A stretch of DNA of 53,040 nucleotides, filler included, from Jimgerdemannia flammicorona (GCA_003990765.1; 2 parts of 2 records of this genome joined end to end with filler, not necessarily neighbours in it), one strand, 5' to 3'; numbered from the whole stretch's first letter, positions 23,291-36,681 are shown. Translations and numbers: made by a program. The notes: a model not told the origin generated them from the sequence alone.

Positions 23291-25849
23291 ATCTGTAGCT
23301 GTGTGTACATAGCATGATGTGCTCGTTTATCTTCCGGTTTACTCTTGCCCTCTCCCCTTTCCAATTATATTTTATATATGAACTAGATGATGTACCAGCT
23401 GACGATAGGCAACTGACCGAATGTATGCCGGATGTTCTACCGAATGGATGATATGGCTTGAACGATTTATGTTCTTTAGGAAATAAAACAGCCCTCCAAT
23501 TTAAACATTCGCCTTGGTGTTTGCAATCATTTCAAGTCCAATCAGTCATTTTTGTTCGGGGAACTGGCAAGGTCAAACAACTGAGACCATCTCATTGGTG
23601 TAACCGTCTCTCCCATCACCCACCTCTCGCTCGTCGGATGTCACCGCATCACCGACAACTATTGGTGTGCAATCACAACAAACTCCTGGGTTTAAATTTT
23701 TAATAAAAATGAGGATATATCATTGTTATTAATTATAATTATTTTATATAAGATAATGGTCATACATAACAAACTAATTTTGGGTAGCATTTCATTTCTG
23801 GATGCCGACCATTTAGTACCCATGATATTGCGTAGAGACTCCCCTACAGAGAGAGACTCGTCTACATTAAGTGTATTCAGCATCTTTATCATCTAATTAT
23901 GTGCATGGATTTGTAATGTAAGAAATGGGGACGTGACAGTGACTATGAAAACATTCCGGACGAGTCTGCGGCTCATCTTCGTCATTTTGTCCCTCGTTGT
24001 TCTCAGCGGTGTATAACCCCTCCACCGCTCGCCCTCCTACAGCGGCTCACCGTCTTCCAGTAGCCATTCCCATACCCATCAAGGTTAATTGCTGCCTAGC
24101 CACCCCACTGTAACAAGTTGTCATGCTTCTTAATCATCGGATAATCATTCCCCGGAAGCTAATTATCCCCCAGAGACTACGCCGCCACCGGTGAATAATT
24201 GTCGGTCAGCGGCAACGCGTCGCCCAGCTACAAATCGTCACTCAGCAGTAACTTGGTGCCCTTTTTCCAGCAGTAACTCGTCACTCTTCGCCAATCCCAG
24301 CGAGCCAGGCGAGATTCGCAGTATTGCGGTCGCCAGCAGAGCTTCGTCACTGGCAGTCACCCATAATTATCCCTCCTCAATGGCAAGTTGTCGTTCACAT
24401 GCAAACCGTCCAGTGGCAAGTCATCAGGTAAGGTCGGTCGGTCCATGATGTTCATGATTGCAAGTGTGATTGTGATGGAGTGGGAAAAGAATGGGGATTG
24501 ACATTCGGGTAGACGTGGTGTGTCAATTTAGCAAAATGGGAGTGGCCGGAATTTCGTTTCTCGATCGGACGCGTTACAAGTATAATAATCCTTATTTGTT
24601 TTTATGACTGAGACCTAAAACTGAAAATTAGACCCGATGAACGGTCGCTTCATATCCAAAACAAGTTCGAATGTACCTTGTTTTATTCGAGTTCGGCGAC
24701 TTCGAAAATGTGAACGCAACCTCTCACTATCTCGATTTTCCTGTATCACAAATCCTTCGCGTTAATGTATGGCGGATGCGGATGAGGTGAAAAGGATAAT
24801 ATGGAGTTGGACATGAAGTTCGGGGAGTGTCAATCACTGCCAAGAGGCCGAGTTGATGAGATGAAGGGAGCCATTCGACCGATTGGCGGGATTGGGCAAA
24901 ACCTTTTTCGAGAGACCTCTAGAATACAGTCCTTTGACACTTTCAATGAATAATCCTGCATGGTAGCAATATTAACGCGTCAAGGCCCATGTCCATTTCT
25001 TTCTGGTCGCCGCACCATTACTGCGCGCCGTCTGTCCATGTTTAAAGGTAAATAGAGGGGGCGAATAGTTGAGTTAGTGGTTATTTTTTTTTTTCTTCTA
25101 TACCTATTTTTGCAAGCACCAATCTCACAAAATTGTTGGTGAGTTGATTGGCGCCTTTATCTTTTCAATTGATATACCCGTGCAAAATCCTTTCAAGTCA
25201 GATGAGAATATCGGAAACACAGTGCCAAAGTCAAATACATAGCAACATCCTTAAACTATCCGGCACCATAATATTTTTGGTGTGCTTGTTATTGTGAATA
25301 AAAACAGGGCTTGGTTCTGATACACATGGATATTTTGTCTTTTTTGAAAATTAAAGGTGGCAAATGAATTTTCTGATACTTGTATTTCATACACATGGAC
25401 AAAATTTTATAGTAAATAAATAAAATATGCCAATATTTATAATTATGTGAAGTCATATGATGGTCTGCCAGAAAAAACAAAGGCTTGAACTTCAAAGATA
25501 TCATACTAAGCAGTGAAATATTGTTGTGATTAACAACATACTACTACTAATAATAAAGTGGTTTAGATATTCGGGTAACTATTATAATTATTCAAATGTT
25601 CAAACAAATTCATCCATTGTGCATGGTTGGACCAACAGCTGACTGGCCACAAGTGTATAAGCAGACTGTGCGTGTTCCTGACATCAGCGTCCTGTTGGGA
25701 CCCCTGGCACTAATGTGAGGCCTGCGATGACGTATCATGACGTGACGGGGTTTTTTTTTTGCTATCAACACACGCGCGCCCTGCAATTGCAACAATATTC
25801 ACCCCACCCCACACTCCATTGCAAATGCTATCCTTCCACCCTTCCATAT

Positions 25850-26045
25850 TATTCGCCCCCTCAGGATATTCTTCTTTCCACATTGCTTGCCCCCACAAAG
25901 TATTTCCCCTTCCACATTATTCCCCGCACAACTACCCTTCTTTCCGCATCATTCGCCCTCACAAAATATTCCTCCGCATCGTTCAACCCTGCAAAGTATT
26001 CTTCCTACCGCGTCGTTCGCCTCCACAAGGTATTCTTCTTTCTAC
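25850..26045 (+). repeat. Degenerate ~30-35-bp minisatellite, ~6 units
   Basis: Recurring TCGCCCYCACAARRTATTCYTC(T)TTCCRCATYRT-like units. Confidence 0.7.
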
Positions 26046-26159
26046 CCTTCCATATTTTTCACCCCTGAAAGGCTTCCTTCCCCCACCCCGACCCTCACAA
26101 AGATTTAAAATCTAACCCTTTCAACTTTTGACATGTCACGCTCTCTCAAACTCAAACTC

Positions 26160-26490
26160 ACTGACATCCACATCCGTCCGACATCCACATTCGTCGAACA
26201 TCCACAATCGTGCAACATCCACATTCACATCCGTCCATGTCCATCGACATCCGCATCCATCCACCATCAACATCCATCTTCACCTGCGATAGCAATTTAA
26301 GGTCAGTTTTCTTTACATCTGTTGGGGGGTTCGGATGGAGGGGGCGTAGCGAGATGGGGGTGGGGTTTGGGTTGGGGCATAGGGAGGAGGTGGAGGGCAT
26401 GGGGTGGGGTTCGGGTTGGGGCGTGGTGAGGTGTGGGGGTGGGGGTCGGGTTGGGATGTGGGGAGGTGGTGGAAGGGTGTGAGGGTGGGG
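26160..26490. repeat. CATCCRCAT short repeats followed by a G-run-rich tract at the contig end
   Basis: CATCC repeats at 26165-26280; GGGGTGGG-like runs at 26323-26490. Confidence 0.7.
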
Positions 26491-26590
26491 NNNNNNNNNN
26501 NNNNNNNNNNNNNNNNNNNNNNNNNNNNNNNNNNTTAATTAATTAANNNNNNNNNNNNNNNNNNNNNNNNNNNNNNNNNNNNNNNNNNNN
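26491..26590. other. Artificial contig spacer (44 N + TTAATTAATTAA + 44 N)
   Basis: Exactly 100 bp and symmetric. The central 12-mer gives stops in all six frames. Confidence 0.95.
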
Positions 26591-26631
26591 AAAAAAAGCA
26601 TAATCGCCCACCCAGTCACGTCAACGCCGTA

Positions 26632-27616
26632 CTATGCCATGCTGGTAGTTTTGACCGCGTGATTTTCACGCTCCGGCATAATTTGTAAGGCAATGTTCTC
26701 CGTAATGTTTGATTCGACACTGGCCAGCTTTATCCTAACGTCATCGCACAGGTTTCCGGCCATGTCGGCAAGAAGGGCAACGTTAAAAGTCGCGGCGTAG
26801 AGGAAGAGAGGGTCCTCAATGTCGGCCTCCGTCGCGTTTGCGACGACGTCGCGGATATAGATGGCGGGTGTGATATTCGCGTACTTGCATTGCATGCATT
26901 TTTTAACTTCATGTTTCTTTAATTTTTCCCAAACGATAATGAGGATCTTGATTAGATCGCTGTTATTCCACTTTCTTAGCTCGTTGGGGCAATTTTTGGA
27001 CTTGCCATAGGTATTAAGGATTTTATCGTGATCGGCGATGTTTGGTTTCGTGTGGTATTCTTTGATACGTTCAAGCAAGAGGAAAGCGGTGCTGCCGGCA
27101 TATGCCATGATTTTCTCGTGAATAACCGAACGCTTATGCGTTTCTATGATCTCCCCTGCTTGCAATTTTTGTTCGTAAGCGTCAATGATGCCGTTGTTGA
27201 ACAGATCGATCAAGTTCCTCGAGATCTTGACAAGGTCGTCGCCGGTCATGTCGAAAGGCTGCTCGTCGCCATGTCCCTTGTACTGGAAGCGAACGCGCCC
27301 ACACCCGGCCCAGCTACACATCATACGCACGACGAAGAGTGAGGTTCCGAGGAACGCGTCGGTGAGGGCTCGATTGTGACAGAAATGGCACCTGAGCAAG
27401 TAGAAGAGGTCGCAGTAGAGAACGTCATCTAAAGCGGCTCCGAAACGGCGGTGATGGTCACCAAGCTCGGGCCAGATGGTGTGCAGGGCATATTTGAGGC
27501 TGCTTTCCTCCCACGTGTAGATATTTTCGATGTTAAGGACGACGTTTTTGGAGGATAAATTGATCGATGGCCCGCTTATATTTCACGTCACCTTGGTTAG
27601 TGTAGAGGTCTGCCAT
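26632..27616 (-). CDS. Intronless hypothetical protein with two putative Swt1-like HEPN repeats (one frameshift near 27545)
   Basis: MADLYTNQGD…FILQK (ATG 27616) shifts frame at an A5 run into NVVLNIENIYTWEESSLKYALHTIWPEL…FYLLRCHFCHN, which is continuous with ORF 26632-27399 (KWNNSDLIKILIIVWEKL…IYIRDVVANA). Confidence 0.5.
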
Positions 27617-28578
27617 GATTGCGGCAAGAGAAATCGATGTCACGGCAGCAGACGTGTGATACACCTGCCTGAAGACGAGATCAGAAAGCGATGTTTGATT
27701 TTGAGGGCGATATGGAAGAAATTTAATGTCTCTCTTGGTGCATGGCGAATATTTCTGAGAAGTGGCACACTTCACAGGGCTCTTCTCAAGGGTTGAGAAC
27801 AAAGACGTCCACAGCGCAGGGACGTGATCAGAGTTCTGCTTAGGTGACTGCCTATCGTAGGAAGGCGCAGCGCACCGCGTGACCGTCAATGTGATAGTCC
27901 TGCTCCCCTGTTTTCCTCTACACCGGCTTGCAAAGGAATATCCTGGTATGATATCTGCTATTACACTCCGAGCACCCTGAAAAACAGTACGGAAACTCAT
28001 CTTGCATGCCAAAATTCTTCGGATCGACGGGCACCCTCCTCTAACAGTCTTGACGAAGCCGCCCGTGGAATTTCCCTCACCAGGCGTACGAATGAGCCTG
28101 GATGTGTTGCTACTATTCGCGATCGGTAGTAGCGCTCCGCCTCTGGTTTCGACTGCTCTTCCCTTGAGCAAGAGCGAAACCGTGCCTATTTATTGTCACA
28201 CAGCACAACATAATCTACACTTCTGAATCATTCACTCTGGCTATTCGTTTTCATGACCGAACCAAAATCCCCCTTTAAAATTGATGGATTGAGCCCATGA
28301 TATATCATGGCGGTGTAATCGAGATTTGACCAACGCCAGGATCCCTTGCTTTTTTTTTCAATCTTGCCGTGTCATGCGATGGAAAGCGAAAGAAAAAACA
28401 CCTGTGCCTCGATGACTTGATTGTTACGACAATAAACTCAAAAAACACCACGCCTTACAATTCAAATTCTCCCTTCAAAGTCCATCTCAAATGTCAAACG
28501 AAGAGAGTCCGTTATCTCTTAAAAAAAACGTCATTAAGGTCATTGGCAATGCCTATGCCACCTAATTTAAACAACCAT

Positions 28579-29932
28579 CTACCAAAACCTCCATGATCCC
28601 CATCCGCCGGTCCCGCCCTTCCCGCCATCACTCTTCCCGCCATCACTTTCCCTGGCTATGCGCTTCCGCATGCCCATCCGCTGCTCCGTTATCCTCTCCA
28701 CCAGTGGCAGCCACACGTACTCGCGCCCATACTGCATGTAGCCCAAACCGAGAGATGCGCCCATCAGATGGGCCTATTGCACGTGTTATGAAGGATGACA
28801 GTACAACGTTAGCGTAAATCGGAGAGAAATAGTTTGTCAATAATGTACTCACGTAATGATCGAATGTGCGCCATCGAAAGAGGATTCCTGCCATGTCGAG
28901 GCTCATGAGGGCCGGCAGCGCGTGGCTATAATACGTAGATGATATGATTATGGGCGCGGGCAATCAGAACATTGACAAGATATTATATGAAGAAATTCAT
29001 CGCGTTCACGTTCCACTGAGCAACGATTCTCATCTGGACAAGACACACGCGACTCACCCAATCTGGATCGGGAAGAACGGGAAAAAAATAATCATCACTG
29101 ATGTTTTTGGGTACTCCACGGCAGTTGCGGCCAGGCATCCATATATCGCCCCGGACGCGCCCAGGCTTGGTAGTACATCCCCCCGAACCTTGAATTTCAA
29201 TGTGAGCATGTGGCTGACAAGGCTTGCCCCCATGCCCGTGGTCAAGTAGAAGGCGAGAAACTGCTCCCTCCCCAGAGCTTCGTGGACGAGACCGCCAAAG
29301 GACCAGAGGGCAACCATGTTGAGGGCAAGATGCCAGAGGTCGCGGTGGGAAAAGCACGAGGTGAGCAGGGTGATGGAGCGGCCAGAGAGTGGGTGATGCA
29401 TAAACCACTGGGTCATGAACGGCGTGAGGCGCGGGACCCTCCAAGCGGCAAAGACGATTGTATTGATGGCGATGAGTGAGAGCATGGTCTTATCCGAGTC
29501 TTTGAGGTCGTTCCATCGGGCAAGGAGAATAAGGTAGGCGCGGCGGAGGTCCTCGGGGATGTTGAGACGGTCCAGGGAGTCGAGTTGGCGGCGTAGCTTG
29601 TCGCGGAAGTATAGCTTCTGGGCCTGGATGAGCTCGAGCATAGTCGGGTCATGGGTGGCGTTGGGGCTGAGGTAGCGTTGGAGACGGTGCCACATAACGA
29701 TCCGCTTTTCCACGTCGGCAGTGGCGGCAAAGAAGAAGGTTAGGCTGGAGACGGCGACGGTGAAGGCGATGGGACGAAAGAAGACGGGACGAGGTGGTGG
29801 TGGTGGGGCATTGTATGTGAGGCGGTAGGTTGTGTAGTTGCGGGAGAGCGAACTGAGGCGGCGACAATAGCGCAAGAGGGCAGGATGTGGTGGTCGTGAG
29901 GACAGAGCATTTCGTGCAAAGATAGTCAGCAT
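28579..29932 (-). CDS. PCP1: Mitochondrial rhomboid protease (Pcp1/PARL), 3 exons
   Basis: Arg/Ser-rich mitochondrial presequence; SCFSH..LWHLALNM; catalytic LGASGAIYG; FDHY|AHLMGA across GT-AG introns; stop at 28579. Confidence 0.93.
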
Positions 29933-30247
29933 GGTTATGTGGAAGGATATATATTATCGATATATCGATTCTCGCAAATCGTTGGGAAAAGCCACTATGT
30001 CGCCATCACCCCATATTCACCCCATTCGGCAAGCCATCTCGTCGTACAAGAACCGATGAAGCCAAATATACAAACAAATGTCTAGAGATGATATATCTAC
30101 AGTTGATTTGATGCGTCAGTATATAACGAGTAAAGCCAAGGTACCAAACGATTAGATACTCTAGAGTTCTTTCCAAGAAGCCAAGCAAGCACACGATAAA
30201 TGCCCTCAATCCCCGCCCTTAGCAATTCCCATAACCCTTCGTCCCCA

Positions 30248-33200
30248 TCACAGCACTTCAATCGCATGCACTGAAATCGACACCTTCCTCTTCTTGGCCG
30301 ATCTTCCGTCCTCGCGGTCCAGCTCCGTGGTTCTCAACGAGAGCGCGCTCTCCTGGCTATCGGGCGGCCGAGTCACGTTGAGCTGGTTGGTGTGCCAGGA
30401 GAGTGTGATGCAAATGTCATATCAAGCGACTCCATCGCAAGGAATCACTCGTCACAGCAAGAAAAGAAAAAAAACGTTGTAACACCTACTCTCTTCCTGA
30501 ATTCCGCCTGTAATCTGGCCGCATTCTCGTCATATCTACCGGGTCGAACCTGGGCTCCAACCGTCGGCGCGTCAGATTCTTGCTGCGCGAGTTGGTTATT
30601 TTCGGTCATTGGATGATCGCCGCCATGGGTATCTGTAAAGGTCTCGTGGGAGTCAGAGATAGTCGGGGGATCAGAATCACGCTGTACTGACGACATTTGG
30701 GTTTGGCTCAACGTATGAGATGGGACCGTTTGTTTGGAATGGTGGGCCTGTTTATGCGGTGATTGATTGGAACCGTTAGGTCAAGGCCGCACAGGCCATA
30801 TATGCCATCATCATACGTGGTGGCAAAACCGAGAGCAAGCAATGGTGCCAACAAAGGCAGTCATTCACCTGCTTCCCTAGCCCCAGCGTCGGATCGAAGA
30901 AGGTACGCTTCTTTTTCCTTGTCTCATCGTTCTTCACCACACGCAGGATATTTTGACCGCCAAGCATGTTACTCCCGCTCTTTTGCAGCCCGCGTCCCTT
31001 CCCGCTCTTGGCAGGTCCGCGCGGTTGAGCCGCTAGGAAGCCTTCCGCCTTGAGCCGGATCTCCAACTGACGTGCGTCGGAGATTTTGAGGCCTTGCGAC
31101 GATATATTCAAGAGGGTCAGAGAAGTATAATCACACTTCGTCTACTTCGCACGGAATGATGAAATATAGTTTCTCACCCATCCTTTCAGCAAAATAGCGA
31201 GTAGCTTGCGGCCATCCTTCCTCCCAGACGACCTATCCAATGTTTTAGACAAGACAGTTAGATCTACACTCAACCTGCGCCCCCGACATCACCAACGACG
31301 TTTAATCCGCAAAGGGAAAAATAGGCACGTCCTTGTGCTTACATAGATAGCCCTCCTCAGCAATGCAATATCACCCAACGCCTCCAGATCCAGCGTCCCC
31401 TCCAGCATGAGCGCACCCACAGGATCCTCTTCCTGGCGGCGCTTGAGGCAGCGGTAGCAGGAGTGGTCTAGTGTGGCGAGCCTTGGATCACCAGGTAGAT
31501 AGCCGTAGCAAACAACGTGGCCCCAGCTGTCGCAGGAGCGGCAGTGGATCTGTGGGTTCGAATAACGATTAAACGTTGGTGAATACCATCTCCTTTTCGT
31601 AACAAACTGAATAATTGAACCGACATGCTTGCAAACATACGCAAAACTCCAGACATACCATATCACCATCATCCTCATATACCCCGCAATCGCACCTTGG
31701 AATCTCATGTCCATCATTCATGACGTCACCCACATGATGCCGTCTCGCTGCCGCCTCGCTCGTCTTCTCGCTCGCCGAGCCGGGCGGCTTATTCTCCTTC
31801 TCCGCCACGTTGGTCGTCAGCCTGGCCGTCTCCTTTCCTTTCTCTGCTTCTTCGAGGTTGTGCACTGAGGCCCTGGTCACACGTGGCATAAATGTTTGGA
31901 TGTTCTGCTGCTGCGACTGGGATGGGCTCAGGACGGATTGCAAGGCTTGGCTGCGGGTCATGCGACGAGTCGAGGCCCGGGATGCAGAAGCGCGGGCGGT
32001 GGTATCCGGGGTTGCGGTTGTAGTTTGGACACGTTGGCTTGCGGAGTCGGATGGACTGATCTCCGAGACATGATCGGATGCTGGCGATCGCATCAATATG
32101 GCAGAAACGGCGATGCATAATTAGCCATTTTTGCTGTGTCTACAAAAGATAAGCTACACATGAACACAATGGCATGCTACTTACCTTCAGCAAAGCTCAT
32201 GGATACATCACCATCACTGTCACAATCTTGGAGCTCTATGAGGGTACTATCTTCAGGAAAGAGACTGCTGCTGCCGATCGGCATCTTGGAAATACCGGTG
32301 AGCGTGGAAACGGAACACTGGGTTCCAAGTGGGACGGTGGGTACAGTAGACAATTGCGAGGCTATCTGGGTCTGCTATCGATTGATTTGTAAAGTGAATA
32401 GAGTTAATCGAACATTGAAAGAATAATGTTTGTGAGGAGACACGAAGACATCAACGTCAAATACGTGCCTGATTACCATTTAGCCCATATAAAGCATTAT
32501 GGACTTGACCTCCATCATCTCCTATCATTGCATCATTCACCGACGGAAGTCCACCCTGGCCTTCGCCTTCACCCTGGCCTTCGTCTTTGCCCTCGCCTTC
32601 GGCCTCGGCCTCACCCTCATCAATCTCCTCCTCAGCATTCCATAGCACAATCTTTTCGTTCTCTACCACATTATCTTTGCCGTTGCTCAGGCTCGTCTGC
32701 GTACTGCCTTGAGACCATGAGCCTGCGTGCGGACCCTGCGCCTGCGATTCCGGCTGGCTGTCCAAGCCGACCGTTTGCGTCTCCTGAGAGGCCTCGACGG
32801 TGGCGTTTTGATCGGCCAGCGTGGCAATGTAGTCCTCATCCGGAATTTCGAAAGTGTCGGTGACTGTCTGGATTCCGAGGGTGAGCCTTAAGGGTGTGAT
32901 GATTCAGGCAATTACGGCGGTAAGAAGGAGGCGAAGAAATATGCAATAAACATTTTTCCAAAGTTCATTTTAACGCCAAACATAGAATAATACCGCCTGA
33001 GATTCTGACACAGATTGCTACTTACGTGTGGTATGGTGTCTCCACCTCGCCGACCTGAATCTTCTCGGGCTTGGTTTCAAATGCGAAGCGATCTTCGGGT
33101 GCGGCACTACCGGGTCGGAAGAAGGGTGGCTCGTAGTCTGGTGGCGTGATGTTTTCATAGTAGTATAGCTTCATCGTGATGAAGCGGTTGTCGGGGAGCG

Positions 33201-34322
33201 GCTATTTTGCGGCGTTCGAAATAAAATGACGTTTACGCGAGGTCATTCAGATGCATGGCCTGAGATACAGTATGTGGTCGCTACCAAGATTCCACTAGCT
33301 TAACATGATTTATTATTATAATTGTACAAACCTTCAACGTCTGGGTCAATAAAATGAGCCTCCTCAGCAGTTGCTGTACGGATTTTTTGACCTCGCCGAC
33401 GGTGATGGTCCTGCACGGCTTCCCCTCAACACCATTACCGCCGGTGCCCCTCATCCTCGAGAACACGTCCGCAGAATCCCACACCTCCGTCGACTGACTG
33501 TCCTCCCCCGACCGCTCAATGCACATCTGCGGCTCACCGTCCGGGTAGGCTATCTTGAATGTGTAGCATTCGGCGAGCCGGTTGGGGTGCTTGGGGTCCA
33601 GATGGATGCCAAGAATGAAGGCGCGGAGGTAGTGACGGTTGAGGGCGTCGAAAATACCGGTTTCCTGAGGGAATTCGTGTTTTTGGTAAGTTAATGTGGG
33701 AGGTTGAGGAAGGTATGAAGAGGAATGGTTGCGAATTTTGGTCGTGGCGGCTCACCAGCCAGTCCAGTAATTTGTCTGCTTCCTGCGAGTAGCCACGCTT
33801 AAGAGTCTTCAGCGAAATATCTGGATGGTTGTTTAACGAATACAAAGGGATGAGTACGCGAGAACGACAAATAGTAAATGAAGCAAAGAAAATGGTGCCA
33901 GGAGCCAAACATACTTCCGACTGATTCGTCTTCGTAGTTTTCTTCTGGGAAGAGAGATCTTTTTTTAAAATAAGTTAAGGCGGGGAGATAATGTTCATAA
34001 AACAAGGGACATTAATGTGCAAGAATATAAAATATAACAAGGCGGGAAGGTGCAAATGCTGGGCTTTGGAAGGACTTATGGAGTCAATGTTATTATTGCC
34101 TCAGTAATTCCACATACAGCACTTACCTCAAGTATGTGATGCAGCCTAAGCTCGTGGCCAAGACCTTTCTCACGACCTGCAGGCTTTGCTGCTGGGTGAC
34201 GGTTTCGGTGTCGACGCGTTGCCGAGGATGAAGCTACAATGCACGACGAACAAGTGAGCAACAGAGGTTGGAGAATGAACAGCAAGGGAGGATATTCGTA
34301 CTTGAGCGAGAGTGGTTGGCAT
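30248..34322 (-). CDS. HOP1: Meiotic HORMA-domain protein Hop1 with PHD and winged-helix region, multi-exon
   Basis: TQQQSLQVVRKVLATSLGCITYLR|SLFPEENY; LKRGYSQEADKLLDW; LLRRLILLTQTL; PLPDNRFITMKLYY…TPPDYEPPFF (HORMA); CDCG…CRSCDSWGHVVCYGY…HSCYRC (PHD); LLRRAI, RLKAEGFL, FFDP; many SQ/TQ sites; C-terminal KKRKVSISVHAIEVL*. Confidence 0.92.
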
Positions 34323-35073
34323 GGTATGCGTTATCTTTTCGATTTAACTAAAAGGTGCAGTAGTAGTAGTAGTAGTAGTGTAATGTGTAATGTGTGAAGC
34401 ATTCACGCGACTCCCAGTCACGAATTCGAAGCAATGTCTCCACAGTCACCTGATATGTGACGAGCTATATATTGTCCCCTGTCTCTGTTGGGAACCAGCA
34501 CCTATATTGAATAGCACCTATTCCAGTTATTTTCTGTCCGAGAATAGTATCGCACCATCAGATGATGTGACGAATGGACAGAATCAATTGTGTATGGTGA
34601 TTTGAATTATGATTCAATGGTTCAGAATTCGCGTGTATATATTCTTGACATATGCTTTTCCGTGGTATGAGTGTATATAGCAGTTCCCCATTTGACATCA
34701 AGAACCTCCGTTGACTTGAACCTGCCACTTGGCAGCCTAACATACCATTACTTCAAACATGGCGGCGTTATCGCCGTCAATAGGCTGATTGGCTCATCTT
34801 CTCTGCTAAGAAACTAAGACTTCATTATACGAACCAATGTGCCAATAAACTTTTTTTTTTTTTTCTATCAAATCTTTTTGGCTGGTGACAGCTGCTCCTC
34901 GTCTCCCTGGTATGCTCTAGAATAGAGCTTATATGTCAAATAATCTAAATGGGATCATAGATCTAATTAGTAACTGGAGCTAAACTCGTTTGTCACGTAA
35001 GGCGTTTTTGTGACTTCATGCATATCAACCCTTGCAATGCTTGCTATGGGTTCTCCCAATCTCTCTCCACAAT

Positions 35074-35943
35074 ATGGAAACCCCTCAATTCACCGAAACT
35101 CCTCAATCCACCGAAACAGACACAATCCTCCACCAAACCTTCGCCGGATTCAAAGATGCCCTCGACAATGTCTACGATTCCACAATTCAGAAAATGAAAC
35201 GCAGCGCCTCCGTCTCCGACAACCACACTGAAGCCACCGACATCCTTTCCACCCACGTCCCCGCCAACGACGTCTTCGTCCCCACAAAGAAACCTTCCTC
35301 CCGCCGCCACACCATCAATCTGCCTCCCACGAGCGAGACCTACCATCTCCACGAGCACTCCCTGTCGCCCGAGAAGCTCGGCATCGTCGGCTACGTCAAG
35401 GACGTGGGCAACTTCATCAAAGACGTAGCCCATGATCTGACCGACAAGGTCCGCAATGCCCCTCCTCTCCACACCTTACCGCACCCGTCCATCTTCCTGC
35501 CTGCCGATGAGGGGCTAGGTGTCTGGGAGGTCGACCCCATCCTTGACGGCAACAAGCCAAATGCACAGGATGGCGACCTCGCCGCCCAGTCCGATACCGG
35601 GCCCGCGACCGAACCCCATCATTTGACCCCATCCATCCCTGTTAACACCGTCCAGGCCGCGCTGGAAATCACTGCCAAAGAATCCCACACAGGATCGATC
35701 CTCGAGGCTACCACAAGGCTGTTCCCGCAGCTGCAGGACAGCCCGCTGGGCTCGCCCAAGAACGAGGGCGTGGGGAGGCATGAGTGGCGCCCGCTGCATC
35801 CCGAGGACCATCATGGCGATTTCCTTAGGGACATTCGGGAGGCGCATCACGGCGCTGCCGGTGGGGAGAGGACGGCCGGGGCGGACGAGGGGAGGAGGAA
35901 TGTTACGTGGATGATGGGTGCGAGTATTGGGAATGGTACATAA
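35074..35943 (+). CDS. Hypothetical single-exon, largely disordered protein (~289 aa)
   Basis: Long ORF with coding-like GC3 bias; first ATG at 35074 (METPQFTETPQ). No domain recognised. Confidence 0.7.
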   Translation: METPQFTETPQSTETDTILHQTFAGFKDALDNVYDSTIQKMKRSASVSDNHTEATDILSTHVPANDVFVPTKKPSSRRHTINLPPTSETYHLHEHSLSPEKLGIVGYVKDVGNFIKDVAHDLTDKVRNAPPLHTLPHPSIFLPADEGLGVWEVDPILDGNKPNAQDGDLAAQSDTGPATEPHHLTPSIPVNTVQAALEITAKESHTGSILEATTRLFPQLQDSPLGSPKNEGVGRHEWRPLHPEDHHGDFLRDIREAHHGAAGGERTAGADEGRRNVTWMMGASIGNGT

Positions 35944-36681
35944 TTGTCTCGTGACATGTGAGCTATTGGATGCTAACAGTATTGTGTGTGTCGAGGCATT
36001 GGTTTTGGTGAGGTAGATGAAGTACTTGAATCATGCAAGTACATGTACGTATGTATATATGTTATATATGGGTCATGGCGAAACGAGATTTTGGCCGTTT
36101 CTCCGAAATATCTCGTGGTGATTCCGTGGCGAGAACGACATGAACCAACGCAGTACCTTGAATTTCAATAAACTTCCAAAAACTTCGCATCGATCGGTAA
36201 GATCATTGGGAATTTGTCGAACAGATCAACCTCCGTATCATTCGCGATATGGCCTCAATATCAAGGCAACAAAACAAACCCTTGTATCAAAAACCCCCAA
36301 TGCCACACGGCCAAAAGAGGTCACAAACGATACTGGTATAACATTGTTAAACAACCCAAACAAAATCGACATAATAAAACAATAATAAAGGCACGTACAA
36401 TATACACGCATTACGTTGGGTATGAAATGATATGATGTGATAGCTGTAGTGCAAGTGCGCTCTCTTCGATACCGAATACAGAATCGAAGATTAAGGAAGG
36501 GAGAAAATAAGTGAAATATGAAATACGCGTGTTTGCTTCTACATACTCTCGACAGGCACGGAACTGCCCCATGAGTCAATATTTCAACTCGATCGAAACA
36601 AGATATCATCCGCCACCCAGTGTCCTTTGTCTCGTTGCGAGCTCCGGAAACCATGCGCCTCATCGCTATGGTTCTCAACGC

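Noticed and set aside
25850..26045. ~33-bp repeats as CRISPR direct repeats
   Set aside because: Contiguous degenerate units with no spacers and no cas genes.
26535..26546. TTAATTAATTAA palindrome as a biological site
   Set aside because: Centred in a symmetric N spacer; artificial linker.
27620..28171. Upstream extension of ORF 27533-28171
   Set aside because: Non-ATG start and atypical composition; ATG 27616 gives a more coherent protein.
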